Shown here one piece after another: positions 41,188 through 54,641 of a stretch of 64,000 bases of DNA (its first letter is position 1; every line of letters begins with the position of its first letter). A program made the translations under genes and the position numbers. This DNA comes from Eledone cirrhosa (lineage: Eukaryota), in the NCBI GenBank assembly GCA_964016885.1, contig OZ024745.1, forward strand, positions 129,208,001-129,272,000. Reading direction: 5' to 3'. The notes beneath the pieces are model-generated. The model had not been told where the DNA came from. It worked only from the letters and a program-made list of their open reading frames with translations, and did not search any database.

Positions 41188-41392
41188 GCATATATATACA
41201 TATAGAAAGTGATATTCCGTTATAACGAAATGCACGTTTTCAGTTTGTCTGGCTTCTATAATCTATGTTTATTGCTCTGGTCTTCTTTTAGTCCATTGAG
41301 CGCTTGCCGCATATCTCGAAAATTGCGTTTCGCTTTGTTTTTGACCACTGCCGAAATTCGATCTCACTGAAATTATATTTGTATGTATATAT

Positions 41393-41502
<110 letters not shown>

Positions 41503-41717
41503 CATGTTTAATATAGAAATGGCTTCTACAGGACTAGGACGCTTAGAAAAGATTCTCAGAAACATAGGCACGTGTACACTTAAAACACAATCAACTGATA
41601 CAAAATATAAACATTCATGCATACAGAGAAACATCTTCTCTTATCCTCACATAAACATTCATCGAGACACACATACACAATATCACACTAGAGAGGAGAG
41701 AGAGAGAGAGAGTGTGC

Positions 41718-41780
<63 letters not shown>

Positions 41781-41888
41781 GATAGATAGAGGGGGAGTGA
41801 GAGAGAGAGAGAAGGGAGAGATAGAGAGAGTGTGAGAGAGAGGGAGAGAGAGGGCAAGAGAGAGCAAGAGAGAGAGAGGGATGAAAGA

Positions 41889-41947
<59 letters not shown>

Positions 41948-42273
41948 ATTGAGAGATAGAGATGGAGAGAGAGAGAGAGAATGAGCGAGAGAGGGGGCAT
42001 ACACGGGTGAAAGTGGGAGAGATCTACAGTGAAGGAAAGAGTGATATACAGATAGTTAGGGAGCGAAACCTGTTACACCATACAAATAAGTCTGTAGTAT
42101 AACAAACACATTGTTACACATGAAGACATACCTGGCTATATATATATATATACTTACATACATACGTACGTACATACATGAACGCATATATACATATATA
42201 CATACATATATACATATATACATGAATACATATATATATATATATACATATATACATAATACATATATCATAC

Positions 42274-42306
<33 letters not shown>

Positions 42307-43119
42307 AATACATATATACATACATATATAAATAGATACATATATAAATACATACATATATACATATATACATAATACATACATCATACATATATACATA
42401 CATATATACATACATATATAAATACATATATACATCCATATATAAATACATACATATATACATCTATACATAATACATACATCATACATACATATATATA
42501 CATGCATACATATATATACATAATATATACATATATATATAAATAAATACATACATAAATACATATATACATGTATACATATACGTATCTGTACATACGT
42601 ATATACACATACATACATACCCTTATACACATAAATGCAGAGATCCACACTTGCAGTTATATAGACATTGCTTAACACGTACACACTCAGTCAAAACCAC
42701 CTCACTCACACACATACATTCATACACTCACGCACATACATTCATACACACACACACACACATACACATGCAGTCACACACCACGTCTCTCTTAGACAAG
42801 CATGTAATATAGCGTTAACAAGAGTTTTGAAAGATTCCAGTGTCAAAATCGTGTTGTTTCAATTTGCCTAAGACTCTACATAGTTTTCTATGTTGAGTCT
42901 TGACAGGCGACACAATAATCATTCGGTATTGTCATAAAGCAGCTTGGATTCTTGCAAAGTCACTAGTGATGGATGGGCGAAAGGGAGGGCATTTAGTCAG
43001 AGGGCCGAGTTACCGTGTATATATGTATGAACAAGCGTTTTGTTTCTCGTGTTCTATTTACCTCTTCAATCCAACCTGCTACTATCGAAATGAAAGGTCT
43101 TCCCGAATTTAAGTATACT

Positions 43120-43400
43120 TGCACCTGGCTTAGTGGTTAGAGTGTTCGGTTCATGATATTAAGGTAATAAGTTCGAATTTCGTTGTTGTGTTGCGTTTTT
43201 GAGTATCACACACTTTGCTCCAGTCTACTGGGGTGTATTTGTGATTCAAAAGATCAGCATTGTTTTACTTGTACACTGTGTCACGTTGAATCTCCCTGAG
43301 AATTATCTTTATATGACATATATATGTGGAGTATTCAGCTACTTGCACGTTAATTTCATGATTAGGCTGCTCTATTGATGAATCAACTGGAAACCTTGTT
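43120..43400 (+). mobile_element. Degenerate CORE-type SINE
   Basis: TGGCTTAGTGGTTAG and AGTTCGAAT boxes. Confidence 0.6.
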
Positions 43401-44098
43401 GTCGGAACCAACGGAGTTCGAGGCAAACATATTTTAGAAATATAAATAATTTAATTCAGTTCAGTCAACGAAGATTCAACGAGTTGGCATAGATTTCCTC
43501 CACATGAGATAAATATGGAAAGTTATTTCAGAGTTGTACATGTTTAGCAGGAAACTTTATTTCTGATAATGTATTATAAATCAATCAATTAATAGTTCAA
43601 ACAACAATTATACAACATACTCCCGGGTCCCAAATAATTGGGGAGAGTGTGTGTGGAATGAGTGGTGGGATTGGAAAATCGGTGATTTTGCAAGGTTCTC
43701 TCCGTTTATGTTTTTAAAAACCAGAATTAGTCGTCTAGTTTACATATTTACCCAATCCAACCTATTTATTTTATAATATATGAGATTTCTAGTGTAATGT
43801 CCTTCTTTTGGCCATGTATAATGTTTTTTTTAATATCTAAAGAAAACTAATTGTCGCAGGAATGCTACTACTTAAAATAAACTTTTACTGGAGATAGATT
43901 AGCAAAGTTTAATAAGCGGGGTTGGATGGGCGATTATTCAAGAGCCAAGAGTATTCATAAATCCAACAGTTCAACAAAGGAAAAATTACGAAGCCTATAA
44001 AAGCTTGCTGGTAAGGAATTTTCTAATGCTGCAGTGGAATTATGTCAGTAATTACGTTACTGTGTCGCGACGAAAGTTTTGAGACTTCACGAAATATA

Positions 44099-44263
44099 AT
44101 TATTTCTACTTTTGGCACAAGGCCAGCAATTACCTAGTACATTACTGGTACTTTATTTTATCGACCCCTTAAGGATGAAAGGCAAAATTAACCTCGGCGG
44201 GATTCGAACTCAGAATGACTCTATGCGTCAAAGCATGGTGTCCGACCCTCTACCGATACTGCC
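44099..44263 (-). mobile_element. tRNA-derived SINE
   Basis: Family consensus on the minus strand. Confidence 0.85.
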
Positions 44264-44876
44264 GGGGCAGCTTTTTGTGTTTTACGATGGTTAAAATGGT
44301 TCTTCCACAATGTAATTGCGATAATTCTGTTTATTGTTTGCTTGTTTATTTTTGCTGTTGTCGTTATTAAGAGCAGCCCAAGCATTGAGTCGCACATTCT
44401 TATAGATCTAAGTGTATTAGAAATAATAAACATAAGACCAACATAAGGTTATCAATAACAAATTTGACCTGTCAGAGCAGTCCTTTTCTATCCATGGCAC
44501 TGACCTTAGCATGGTTGAGGGCCAGGCGCTGTAATTTCAGTTCCTCTTCGATTTGTTCCACCAATGTCTTCTTCGGTGCGCTGCACTGGATTCCCCAGTG
44601 CAGGGTCAGTGACGTAACAAAAGTTAGTATGGTTTAGCTTGACACGGTTGATCTAGTGCTAAACAACAAAATCAACTAGAAATACCCTGAACAAATAAGT
44701 GACACTCTGCGAGGCAGCCTCATCTGCTAGAAAAAGCAACCAATTTCGCTGTAGTCTTAAATATAGACTTGAGTGTCACGGCTTGAATGCTATAGGTCAT
44801 ACATAGGTCTCGGTGAAGACTGACCAGGAATTAAACATGATTATCATTATCATCATTATCGTCATCTTCAGCAACA

Positions 44877-44931
<55 letters not shown>

Positions 44932-45352
44932 CAACAACAACAACAACAATCAGATGTAGCATCAATACTAATAGAGTCGGTATATTATTAATGTAGTCGC
45001 TCAACCTACTGGAAATACCAGTCAAATATAACTACTGTGTTAGGAATGAGAAAAATTGCATAATCCAATCCTACATAACTGTAAGAGACAAGATGTTCAT
45101 GACAGATGTCGGGCTAAAAGCTACAACAACAACAACGTAGCAAATGCCACGAGCAATCAATGGAACCTTCCATTTGTCGTTTTAGTTGCTAAAAATGGCT
45201 GCCAAATCTTTTTCAAGCCACAACTTGAAAAAAAAATGAAGCCAACAATGAATATTGAAATCTTAGACACATTTTGCATCAGAGAGAAATAGAATGTTAA
45301 CTGAAATTTCTTCGATGATAATCTTGCTCCGGGATAGCTGATCTAAGGCTTG

Positions 45353-45383
<31 letters not shown>

Positions 45384-45989
45384 CAGTAGCAACAGCAACA
45401 GTAATGTCAATACAGTAAAAATAACAGGCGCAACAAAACCAGATATATTAACAATATCACCATCACCAATGCCAATACCAACACGATTAACTATGCTATC
45501 GAAACAAACAAATGGTGGCTTTCCATTCTGCTAGAAATGGTGAACAAATATCCCTCAATTCTTACTCTACTATTTTAAAAAGGGGAAGAAATATTGGACA
45601 GTGAAGTCTGAAAAAAAAATGGATGATCACAGATGGAATATTTTTAGCTTACGTCTCTTCAGTGAAGTCTATCTTAGGGGTGAAACAAGACAGAAAAAAC
45701 AAATACACACTAACAACACACGATGTAGAACCAATACCATCAAGCAATGCCATCAACGCCACTAAACAATACAACCATTACCATTAAAAATCGCCATTCC
45801 TGCGAATACCATCGAAGAATACCAAGAATGCCACCAACATAAACAATAGCACAAACACCACTAAATAATACTAGTAATAGCACCAATACCAAGAATGCCA
45901 CTGTTGTACGAGAGTACGACCCCCCACACACACCTGGCGATAATGGACTGGACCACTACATATAAATAGTAGCGGCGTGAGTAAGTGAA

Positions 45990-46229
45990 AAAGTTGGTGC
46001 TAGTTCCACAGTTGGTGTGTTGATAGTCAAAGTTGGTACTAGTTCCATAGTTCGTGTGTTGATAGTCAAAGTTGGTACTAGTTCCATAGTTCGTGTGTTG
46101 ATAGTCAAAGTTGGTACTAGTTCCATAGTTCGTGTGTTGATAGTCAAAGTTGGTACTAGTTCCACAGTTGGTGTGTTGATACTCAAAGTTCGTACTAGTT
46201 CCACAGTTCGTGTGTTGATAGTCAAAGTT
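45990..46229. repeat. 39-bp minisatellite, ~6 copies
   Basis: Unit TGATAGTCAAAGTTGGTACTAGTTCCATAGTTCGTGTGT. Confidence 0.95.
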
Positions 46230-46896
46230 TGAGTTCAAGTTCACAGTTCAAGTTGTTGGATTGTTGGTTCTTAAAAGATTGTTGTTCTGTTACGTGTGGT
46301 TATTGCCGTTTGTTTCGATTATATTGTTATTATACTTTTGCAGTGTATTCGTTTATCCATAAGGACGTAACAGCTGCCAAAAACATCACCATTTCTGCCA
46401 ACATCACTAGCCATTGCCAGTAATACCAGCAATATCATCTACAACTCCAGCAATCCTGCTAAGACGACTAAACAATACCATCTACATCTCACAACAATAC
46501 TACCAATATCACAAAGCAATACATACCACCATCAGCAACAATACCTAATATAATACCACAGACACAACTTAACAATAACAAGAATACCATCACAACCACT
46601 ACACAGTACCATCAATACCTTCAACCCCCAAAACACCTAATACAATACCACACACACGCCACTTAATAATGTCAACAATACCACCACAACCACTACACAG
46701 TACCAACAATACCATCGGCACCATTAAGCCCAACCATCAACACCATCAACAGTATACAATATCAAATATACCACCAATACAACTATCACAACCAGCGCAC
46801 CAACAGTACAACTTGTAGTTCCAATATCACTAAATAATGATAAAAACTGTATAAACATGATATTATTTACAGTAACAATAATAATAATAATAGTAA

Positions 46897-47525
46897 TGCT
46901 TCTACTTTTGGCACAAGGCCAGTAATTATCCCAGTGCATTACTGGTACTTTATTTTATCGACGCCGTAAGGATGAAAGGCAAATGACAACTATAATGACG
47001 GCAATAATAAAAAAAGGAAAACAAAAGGAAAGAAAAAATAGGGAAATATAGAGAAAAAGGAGATAAAGAAAGAAGAAAAAGAACGGGAAGGGGGAGGGGA
47101 TTGCAAGAGCTCTGGTGTCGCAGAAGAGACCTAGAACCTAGATGCAGAAGTGATGGGCCTAGGGCAAGAGGGCAGAAGCGCTTCGCACCGCGGACAAGAC
47201 GGCAAAAGCATTCTCGTGGAAGATGGCCAGTGACAGCCACCCAGCCACGCGGGGCTCCCTCCCCAGACGGGCCGCCTACGTTCCGATCTTGCGGAGGAGC
47301 TCGGCAGTACGGGGTCCAAGTACGCCTGAGGTCTCGGACACAAGGCCAGCAATTTGAAGGGAAAAGTCAATTAAATCGACCCCAGTGCGTTACTGGTACT
47401 TTATTTTATCAACCCAGTAAGGATGAAAGGCAAAGCTAACCTCTCCGGGATTTGAACCCAGAACGTAAAGGACCGTAACTCTGTGCCACAAAAGATATTG
47501 TGCGCCGCTCTACCGATTACTGCAA
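46897..47525 (-). mobile_element. Two SINE pieces bracketing an unclassified repeat (46985-47338)
   Basis: SINE 3' half at 46897-46984 and SINE at 47339-47525. Confidence 0.75.
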
Positions 47526-48504
47526 ACACTAAATAATAACAAATGTACCGCCAGAATCAGTAACAACACTGTTATCACATATAACAAATAACACACCAGA
47601 CAATTGTTAAGAATTTATTCCATAACTGTACCTCCCACCCCAGTAAACAAGGTCACATTACCCACCTACCACTGTTACTCGCCAACCACTACCACTACCA
47701 CTACAACCATCAAATACCAATTTCGTACTAACACTATAAACAAAACCAGCTGTTGGCACCAAAACCAATAACGACACCATAAGTAACGGTAATGTTAACG
47801 GAAGAAGCTGTAATATATAACACTTCTACCCACCCCTCACTACCACAACCACCACCACCCTCAACACCACAACCACCACCACCCTCAACACCACCACCAC
47901 CACCACCACTACCACCAATAACACCACCACCACTCTCACCACCACCACCACCACTACCACTAATAACACCACCACCACTCTCACCACCCTCAACACCACC
48001 ACCACTACCACTACCACCAATAAACCCCCCCACACACACCCACCCACCCTCACCACCACCACCACCACCACCGCCACCACCCCCCTCACCACCCTCACCA
48101 CCACCACCACCACCACCACCACCACCACCACCACCACCACCACCACCACCACCACCCTCACCACCCTCACCACCACCACCACCACCACCACCACCACCAC
48201 CACCACCACCACCACCACCACCACCACCACCACCACCACCACCACCACAGATAACACTAACACCAACCACATTACTACACTGCCTTGTCAGTAGTTTAAA
48301 AGCAGTAATGAATTATGTTTTAACTGACATTTTAATCTCTTCTGGTGAATGATTACGTCTTTTGTGCATGAGGGTTGTGGGAGTATGGTTAAAAGAGAGT
48401 GGGGGGAGGTGGTCGTATTGGTGATGATAACAATTCATAGTTGGGGCCGTAATGGTAGGAGTTGAGTGCGAAGTCATTGGTAACAGCCGCCATATACATA
48501 TACA

Positions 48505-48678
48505 GATAATTGTTTCTACTTTTGACACGAGGCCAGCAATTATCTCAGCGTATTACTGGTACTTAATTTTATCAACCCCCGTAAGGATGAAAAGCAAAGT
48601 TAACCTCGGCGGGATTTGAACTCAGACCATAAAGGGCCATAACTCTTTGTTGCAAAGCATGGCATCCAACCCTCTACT

Positions 48679-48680
<2 letters not shown>
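48505..48680 (-). mobile_element. tRNA-derived SINE
   Basis: Family consensus on the minus strand. Confidence 0.9.
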
Positions 48681-48761
<81 letters not shown>

Positions 48762-48799
48762 TATATATATATATTATAATATATATATATATGTATATA

Positions 48800-49019
48800 T
48801 ATAGTTATGTAATAAACAACATAAGATAATTATTTCATTTACCAAAGGTTTCACGAAGACAGCGAGCTTGACACATACGTCTGCCTTCAATCATCAGAAT
48901 TAATTTTATTAAAATGGATGTGATATATCTCCCACAGACGTATGTGTCAAGCTAGTCTGTCTTCATGAAACCTTTGGTAAATGAAATAATTATCTTATGT
49001 TGTTTATTACATAACTATA
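48800..49019. mobile_element. Fold-back element with hammerhead (48837-48900, minus)
   Basis: Arms 48800-48883 and 48935-49019. ATT-CTGATGA-tTGAAGGCAG...CTGTCTTCGt-GAAACC-ttt-GGTA-AAT. The terminus is identical to the PLE tail at 10137-10173. Confidence 0.85.
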
Positions 49020-49087
49020 TATATACATATATATATATATGATATAATATATATATAATGTGTGTAGAAATGTTGTAGTTAATATTT

Positions 49088-49525
49088 TTGTCCTTTAAGG
49101 ACCATATGAGTTCTGATGCACTTTTTACTGTTTTAAATTGTAACTTAGTTAACCTTAATATTATTAAGAATAATATACTTGATCTATTTAAGCACCATAA
49201 CCTAAAAATTGAATTTGAAAACAATGTCAAACTAGCAAACTTCCTGGATATATCCCTTAATCTTGACACCGGCCTATATTAACCTTACCATAAAGACAAT
49301 GAGAATCTAAATTATGTTAATTTTAAATCTAACCACCCTATTAACGTTAAAAATGCTATAGTCAGTAATGTTGATTTAACACTTCATTGCTCGCAAGTGT
49401 TTTTGAAGCTTCACATCATGTCTCCCTATTTTATCTGATTAGAACGCAAACATCATCCTATGATGATATTTGTTTTTGAAATGCGCATAACAAAATACAT
49501 GGAACTCTTTTAACCATCTTTTCAT

Positions 49526-49530
<5 letters not shown>
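49088..49530 (+). mobile_element. Penelope-like RT C-terminal fragment fused to a hammerhead-bearing tail
   Basis: LFKHHNLKIEFENNVKLANFLDISLNLDTGLY*PYHKDNENLNYVNFKSNHP, followed on the same strand by an HHR at 49427-49497 (core CTGATTA, G8 mutated). Confidence 0.8.
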
Positions 49531-49595
<65 letters not shown>

Positions 49596-49665
49596 TACAT
49601 ACACATACATACATACATACATACATACATACATACATACATACATACATACATACATACATACA

Positions 49666-49704
<39 letters not shown>

Positions 49705-49895
49705 TCTTATTATTTTAGAAATTGTTTCCGTATGAAGCGTCGAAGCTTCCGGTTACGGTAGTGTAATTATAACGGAAATAAATCGAAGCTATGTAACAAA
49801 ACAGCATGGGCACAGAGAAAAATTTCCAGTTTTTCTTTTTCTTTGCATATCATAGTTGTAGGAATAACTAAGACGATTTTGTAATAATATTTTAG

Positions 49896-49944
<49 letters not shown>

Positions 49945-49951
49945 CACTCAC

Positions 49952-50053
49952 TATTTTGAAAATTTGGTCTGTGAACAACAATTATAATTGAGTGACTGCT
50001 ATTTGCAGTATAGCAATATAAGGTTGCACTTACCAATGAAACGGTCGTAAATA
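49952..50053 (+). ncRNA. Hammerhead, U3-A8 variant with long stem II
   Basis: TATT-TTGAAAA-tTTGGT...ACCAAt-GAAAC-GGTC-GTA-AATA. Confidence 0.65.
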
Positions 50054-50228
50054 CCTGGATAAAATCCTTCTCTTAATGCTTACCTGTGTTTTCTCTTTTA
50101 TACTTTCTACTCCAAGATTGAACGGAATTCTTACAAATTTGTGGAGTTACCCCTAACCGTACGTTGAAACCATCCATGAAACTGGCTTTCTTAACCAAGA
50201 ACTGGATCACAATAAGCAATTTTTTGCT

Positions 50229-50283
<55 letters not shown>

Positions 50284-50723
50284 GAAGAGCTGCTACACGA
50301 CTAGAACTGTTTCATTAGTGAGAAATCATCTCGTATATATATAAAGATATTATAATACTAAACTAGAAGAACTACCTGTGCGAATGGGCACTAGAGTAAA
50401 ATTTCATTCTATTTCCTGTATTCTATAAAAACAATTAGCGCGAATTCATTGTACTTCCAATATTGTTGAGCTAAACACATGCTACTGCCATCACTGCATA
50501 TCTTCGTATCTGTCTATCTATTTATCCTTTTCTTTAATTTAGTTTGCAATTCACAGTTAATCAAATAACTACGAGGTTTCTATAATATTTTAGGTGAAAA
50601 CGTATTTTTTATTGCTGCCTATCACATGAGGCCTGGTAAACATTTAAAGGCAACATACTGGTTTTGTATCGAATATTGTTGAGAAATACAATTGACCACG
50701 ACGTTTTTATAATAATATTTTAA

Positions 50724-50912
50724 GGGCGGTGGATTGGCAGTATCGGTAGAGGGTCGGACGCCATGCTTTGAAGCATAGAGTTGCGTCCCTTTATGATCTG
50801 AGTTCAAATTTCGCCGATGTTAACTTTCCCTTTCATCCTTACGGGGTCGATAAAATAAAGTACCAGTAATGTACTGGGTAGTTGCTGGCCTTGTGCCAAA
50901 AGTAGAAACATA
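50724..50912 (+). mobile_element. tRNA-derived SINE
   Basis: Family consensus. Confidence 0.9.
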
Positions 50913-51506
50913 TTTTAGATATAAAATTATCTTTGTATCACTTTTATATATCCTGTACTTCATTTCTCTATTCCATCTATCCTATCCCTCATATATATTC
51001 TGTACTTTTTTTAATCCATTTCTCCAGTCCATCTTATTAAATATTATTTAATCAGAAAATGATGGGTTATAAGGTGTAACCCTTCCTTTTTTTATTAAAT
51101 AATGTTCCATTCATTTTCTCTACAAAGAATCAAGAACGTAGAATCATTGTACTTCCAATAATGTAAGTATTGCAAGACAAATGACATGTCTTTCGGCATC
51201 CCGGCATACCTCAATTACTAAGTACTGCAGTGTCACTAGCTATCTCATCTCTTCACCGAAGCTACTATATCTCTATTACCAAATACTCATTGTCAGTAGC
51301 TATCTCTTCATCGCAGCAGCCATACCTCCATTCCCAAGTACTACAGTTGCTGTAGCTATTTCATTTCATTCACATTGCATTCATTCAACATTGTTCAATT
51401 TCTCTACTCCCTGAAGACAACAGTAATTCAATTAGAATTTCCTTGCACATATTCAGATGTTATTAATGGCGGACAACGTAAACAATATTATGTCAGCTTC
51501 TGAGAG

Positions 51507-51899
51507 ATACCGTAGAATGAAATACCGTAGAATGAAACGTACATTTCTAGAATGAAATACCGTAGAATGAAACGTATATTTCTAGAATGAAATACCGTAG
51601 AATGAAACGTACATTTCTAGAATGAAATACCGTAGAATGAAACGTACATTGCTAGAATGAAATACCGTAGAATGAAACGTACATTTCTAGAATGAAATAC
51701 CGTAGAATGAAACGTACATTTCTAGAATGAAATACCGTAGAATGAAACGTACATTGCTAGAATGAAATACCGTAGAATGAAACGTACATTTCTAGAATGA
51801 AATACCGTAGAATGAAACGTACATTTCTAGAATGAAATACCGTAGAATGAAACGTACATTTCTAGAATGAAATACCGTAGAATGAAACGTACATTGCTA
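51507..51899. repeat. 35-bp minisatellite, ~11 copies
   Basis: Unit CTAGAATGAAATACCGTAGAATGAAACGTACATTT, built from two TAGAATGAAA sub-units. Confidence 0.95.
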
Positions 51900-52570
51900 A
51901 CTTGAAAGCAAAGGCTACTATTACAGCAGGATGACAGAACTAGAAGAAGTTCTGCTAGATAACACTTACATGTAGAGCACGCACATGACAAAGAAACAGG
52001 AAAACCTTTCATCTTCAACAAGCAAAATGATGATTCCAAGAGAGAATCAAAAGTTCTTCAGAATATTTCAATACATCAAACAATTGACAATTTCGTAAGA
52101 AATGGGTTCTGAATAAACTACGCGGGGAAAAGGATCAGGAATGTCCGAGGTGCGGTGCTTCAACCTCGTTAAAGGGAAGGTTAATAGTAACCAGCATTAG
52201 AATTCGTGTTGTGAAAGACAGTTGCTACTACAAGTTGATATCACATGCGTGCTTTCATGTAACAATAAACAAATGCTGGCTAATAAACAAACACTACAAT
52301 TAGGAATATAATTATAATTATTATAGGTTTAACATGACTATTATAATTAAAACGTTTATTAACATTATCACAATAATTAATACAATTCTTCTTCTTCTTC
52401 TTCTTCTTCTTCTTCTTCTTCTTCTTCTTCTTCTTCTTCTTCTTCTTCTTCTTCTTCTTCTTCTTCTTCTTCTTCTTCTTCTTCTTCTTCTTCTTCTTCT
52501 TCTTCTTCTTCTTCTTCTTCTTCTTCTTCTTCCAAGCAAACTATAAATATTGAAGCTGACAAAATTTATT

Positions 52571-52697
52571 TGAATTTCCTGATGATTTCTTACGAATGAA
52601 ACAGTTCTAGTCCCGTAGAAGTCATTTTTATAATATATATGCATGCATATGCATATGTGATTATGTATAAAATGACTTCTACGGGACTAGAACTGTT
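52571..52697 (+). ncRNA. Hammerhead (52571-52624) followed by an inverted partial copy
   Basis: ATTTC-CTGATGA-tTTCttacGAAt-GAAACAGttctagtcCCGTA-GAAGT. Member of the 1209 family. Confidence 0.75.
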
Positions 52698-52727
52698 TAT
52701 ATATATATATAACCATATATATATAAC

Positions 52728-52832
<105 letters not shown>

Positions 52833-52852
52833 ATATATATATATATATATAA

Positions 52853-52889
<37 letters not shown>

Positions 52890-53128
52890 AATAACAGGAG
52901 GCTAAACTGGTGTTATTCCTTAAAAGGTTTATTATACTATGATCATTTCAGTGACTGAGGTTGACCATACGGAATGATCAGTTCTATCCAGTGGTGAACC
53001 AACAAACCTAAATATATATATATATATATATATATATTTAGTTATTAAGCTTATTAACTATTAAGCTCTGTTACCTACATAGAGCACTCTTTTTTCCTGG
53101 ACTTTTCCGACGGAATTACTTCATTCAC

Positions 53129-53167
<39 letters not shown>

Positions 53168-53417
53168 GTAAAAAATTGAACGGGAACAAAACAGAGAGGC
53201 AGTACGAACAAAGGTTTATTAGTTTCACGCTCTTAAGAGTGGGATGGTGGTTTCAGCGAGAATCGCATTTCGGCGGGTAGAAATAGCGAAACGCAAAGCA
53301 AATTTCGAGTCATGCTGGCAAGCGCTCTAAGGGCTAAAGAGACCAGAGCAATAAACATGTTATAAAGGTATAGGTTATAAGATTTATATATATATGTATA
53401 TATATATATAAAAAAAC

Positions 53418-53567
<150 letters not shown>

Positions 53568-53607
53568 GATATTAAACAAATGGAAACTATATTTATAAAA
53601 CCATATT

Positions 53608-53673
53608 TATTTCGTTATATATATTTCTGGGATATCATATTAAAAATATGGTATGCCTTCCTCAGACAAAATA
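53608..53673 (-). ncRNA. Type I hammerhead
   Basis: TATTTTGT-CTGAGGA-stem II-GAAA-TATATA-TA-ACGAAATA. Same family as 1030-1095, with a compensatory change in stem I. Confidence 0.8.
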
Positions 53674-53687
53674 CAATACATAAGCTG

Positions 53688-53771
<84 letters not shown>

Positions 53772-53801
53772 AAATCAAAAGATGGTTAAAAGAGTTCCAT
53801 G

Positions 53802-53872
53802 TATTTTATTATGCGCATTTCAAAAACAAATATCATCATGGGATGATATTTACGTTCTCATCAGATAAAATA
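53802..53872 (-). ncRNA. Type I hammerhead, intact
   Basis: TATTTTAT-CTGATGA-GAACGTAAATATCATC..GATGATATTTGTTTTT-GAAAT-GCGC-ATA-ATAAAATA. Homologue of 49427-49497. Confidence 0.9.
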
Positions 53873-54102
53873 GGGAGACATGAAATGAAGCTTAAAAAAC
53901 ACTTGGGTGCAGTGAAGTGTTAAATCAACATATGAAAAATAAAATAAGATGGATATATGAGATTGGGAAAAAAGGAGGAAGGGGAAAGGAAAAGGTAAGG
54001 AAGAGGAAGAAAGAAAATAAAGGATGACGGCGGAGGAGTATAAGTAGGAAGGATGAGAGACGAGGAGAAATGAATGAAAGAGAGAGAGAGGGAGAGATAG
54101 AG

Positions 54103-54188
<86 letters not shown>

Positions 54189-54292
54189 TTTAATACTGAG
54201 AAACACTGTCTCACAGGGAGAAATAAAAAAACCATTGTAAGATTATAATTTTAAAAACATTTTGAAATTAAAATTACAATAAAACTCACCTC

Positions 54293-54392
<100 letters not shown>

Positions 54393-54641
54393 TTTCTTTA
54401 TTAACCACAAGGGTTTACATAAAGTAGACATTAAGGACAGTGTAGTACAATACAGGACGGTACAAATGGGCATTTCTGCGTGTAAAAAAACAAAAACAGA
54501 GGATGTAACAAAAAATAACAATGAAAAATTCCCCAATAGGGGGGAGACTTCGGAGGGACATTTGTGGAGAAAGCCCAGTAAAAGGCCACAGTGACCCTGA
54601 CCACCAAGGCAAGTGCCCTCTCCCAGTTTTCCACTTTTAAT

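Noticed and set aside
45990-46229. CRISPR-like appearance of the 39-bp, 35-bp (51507) and 17/19-bp (63498) repeats
   Set aside because: Contiguous tandem units without unique spacers, eukaryotic context and no cas genes.
47792-48352. Formin- or extensin-like polyproline ORF
   Set aside because: An (ACC)n microsatellite with no flanking domain or exon evidence.
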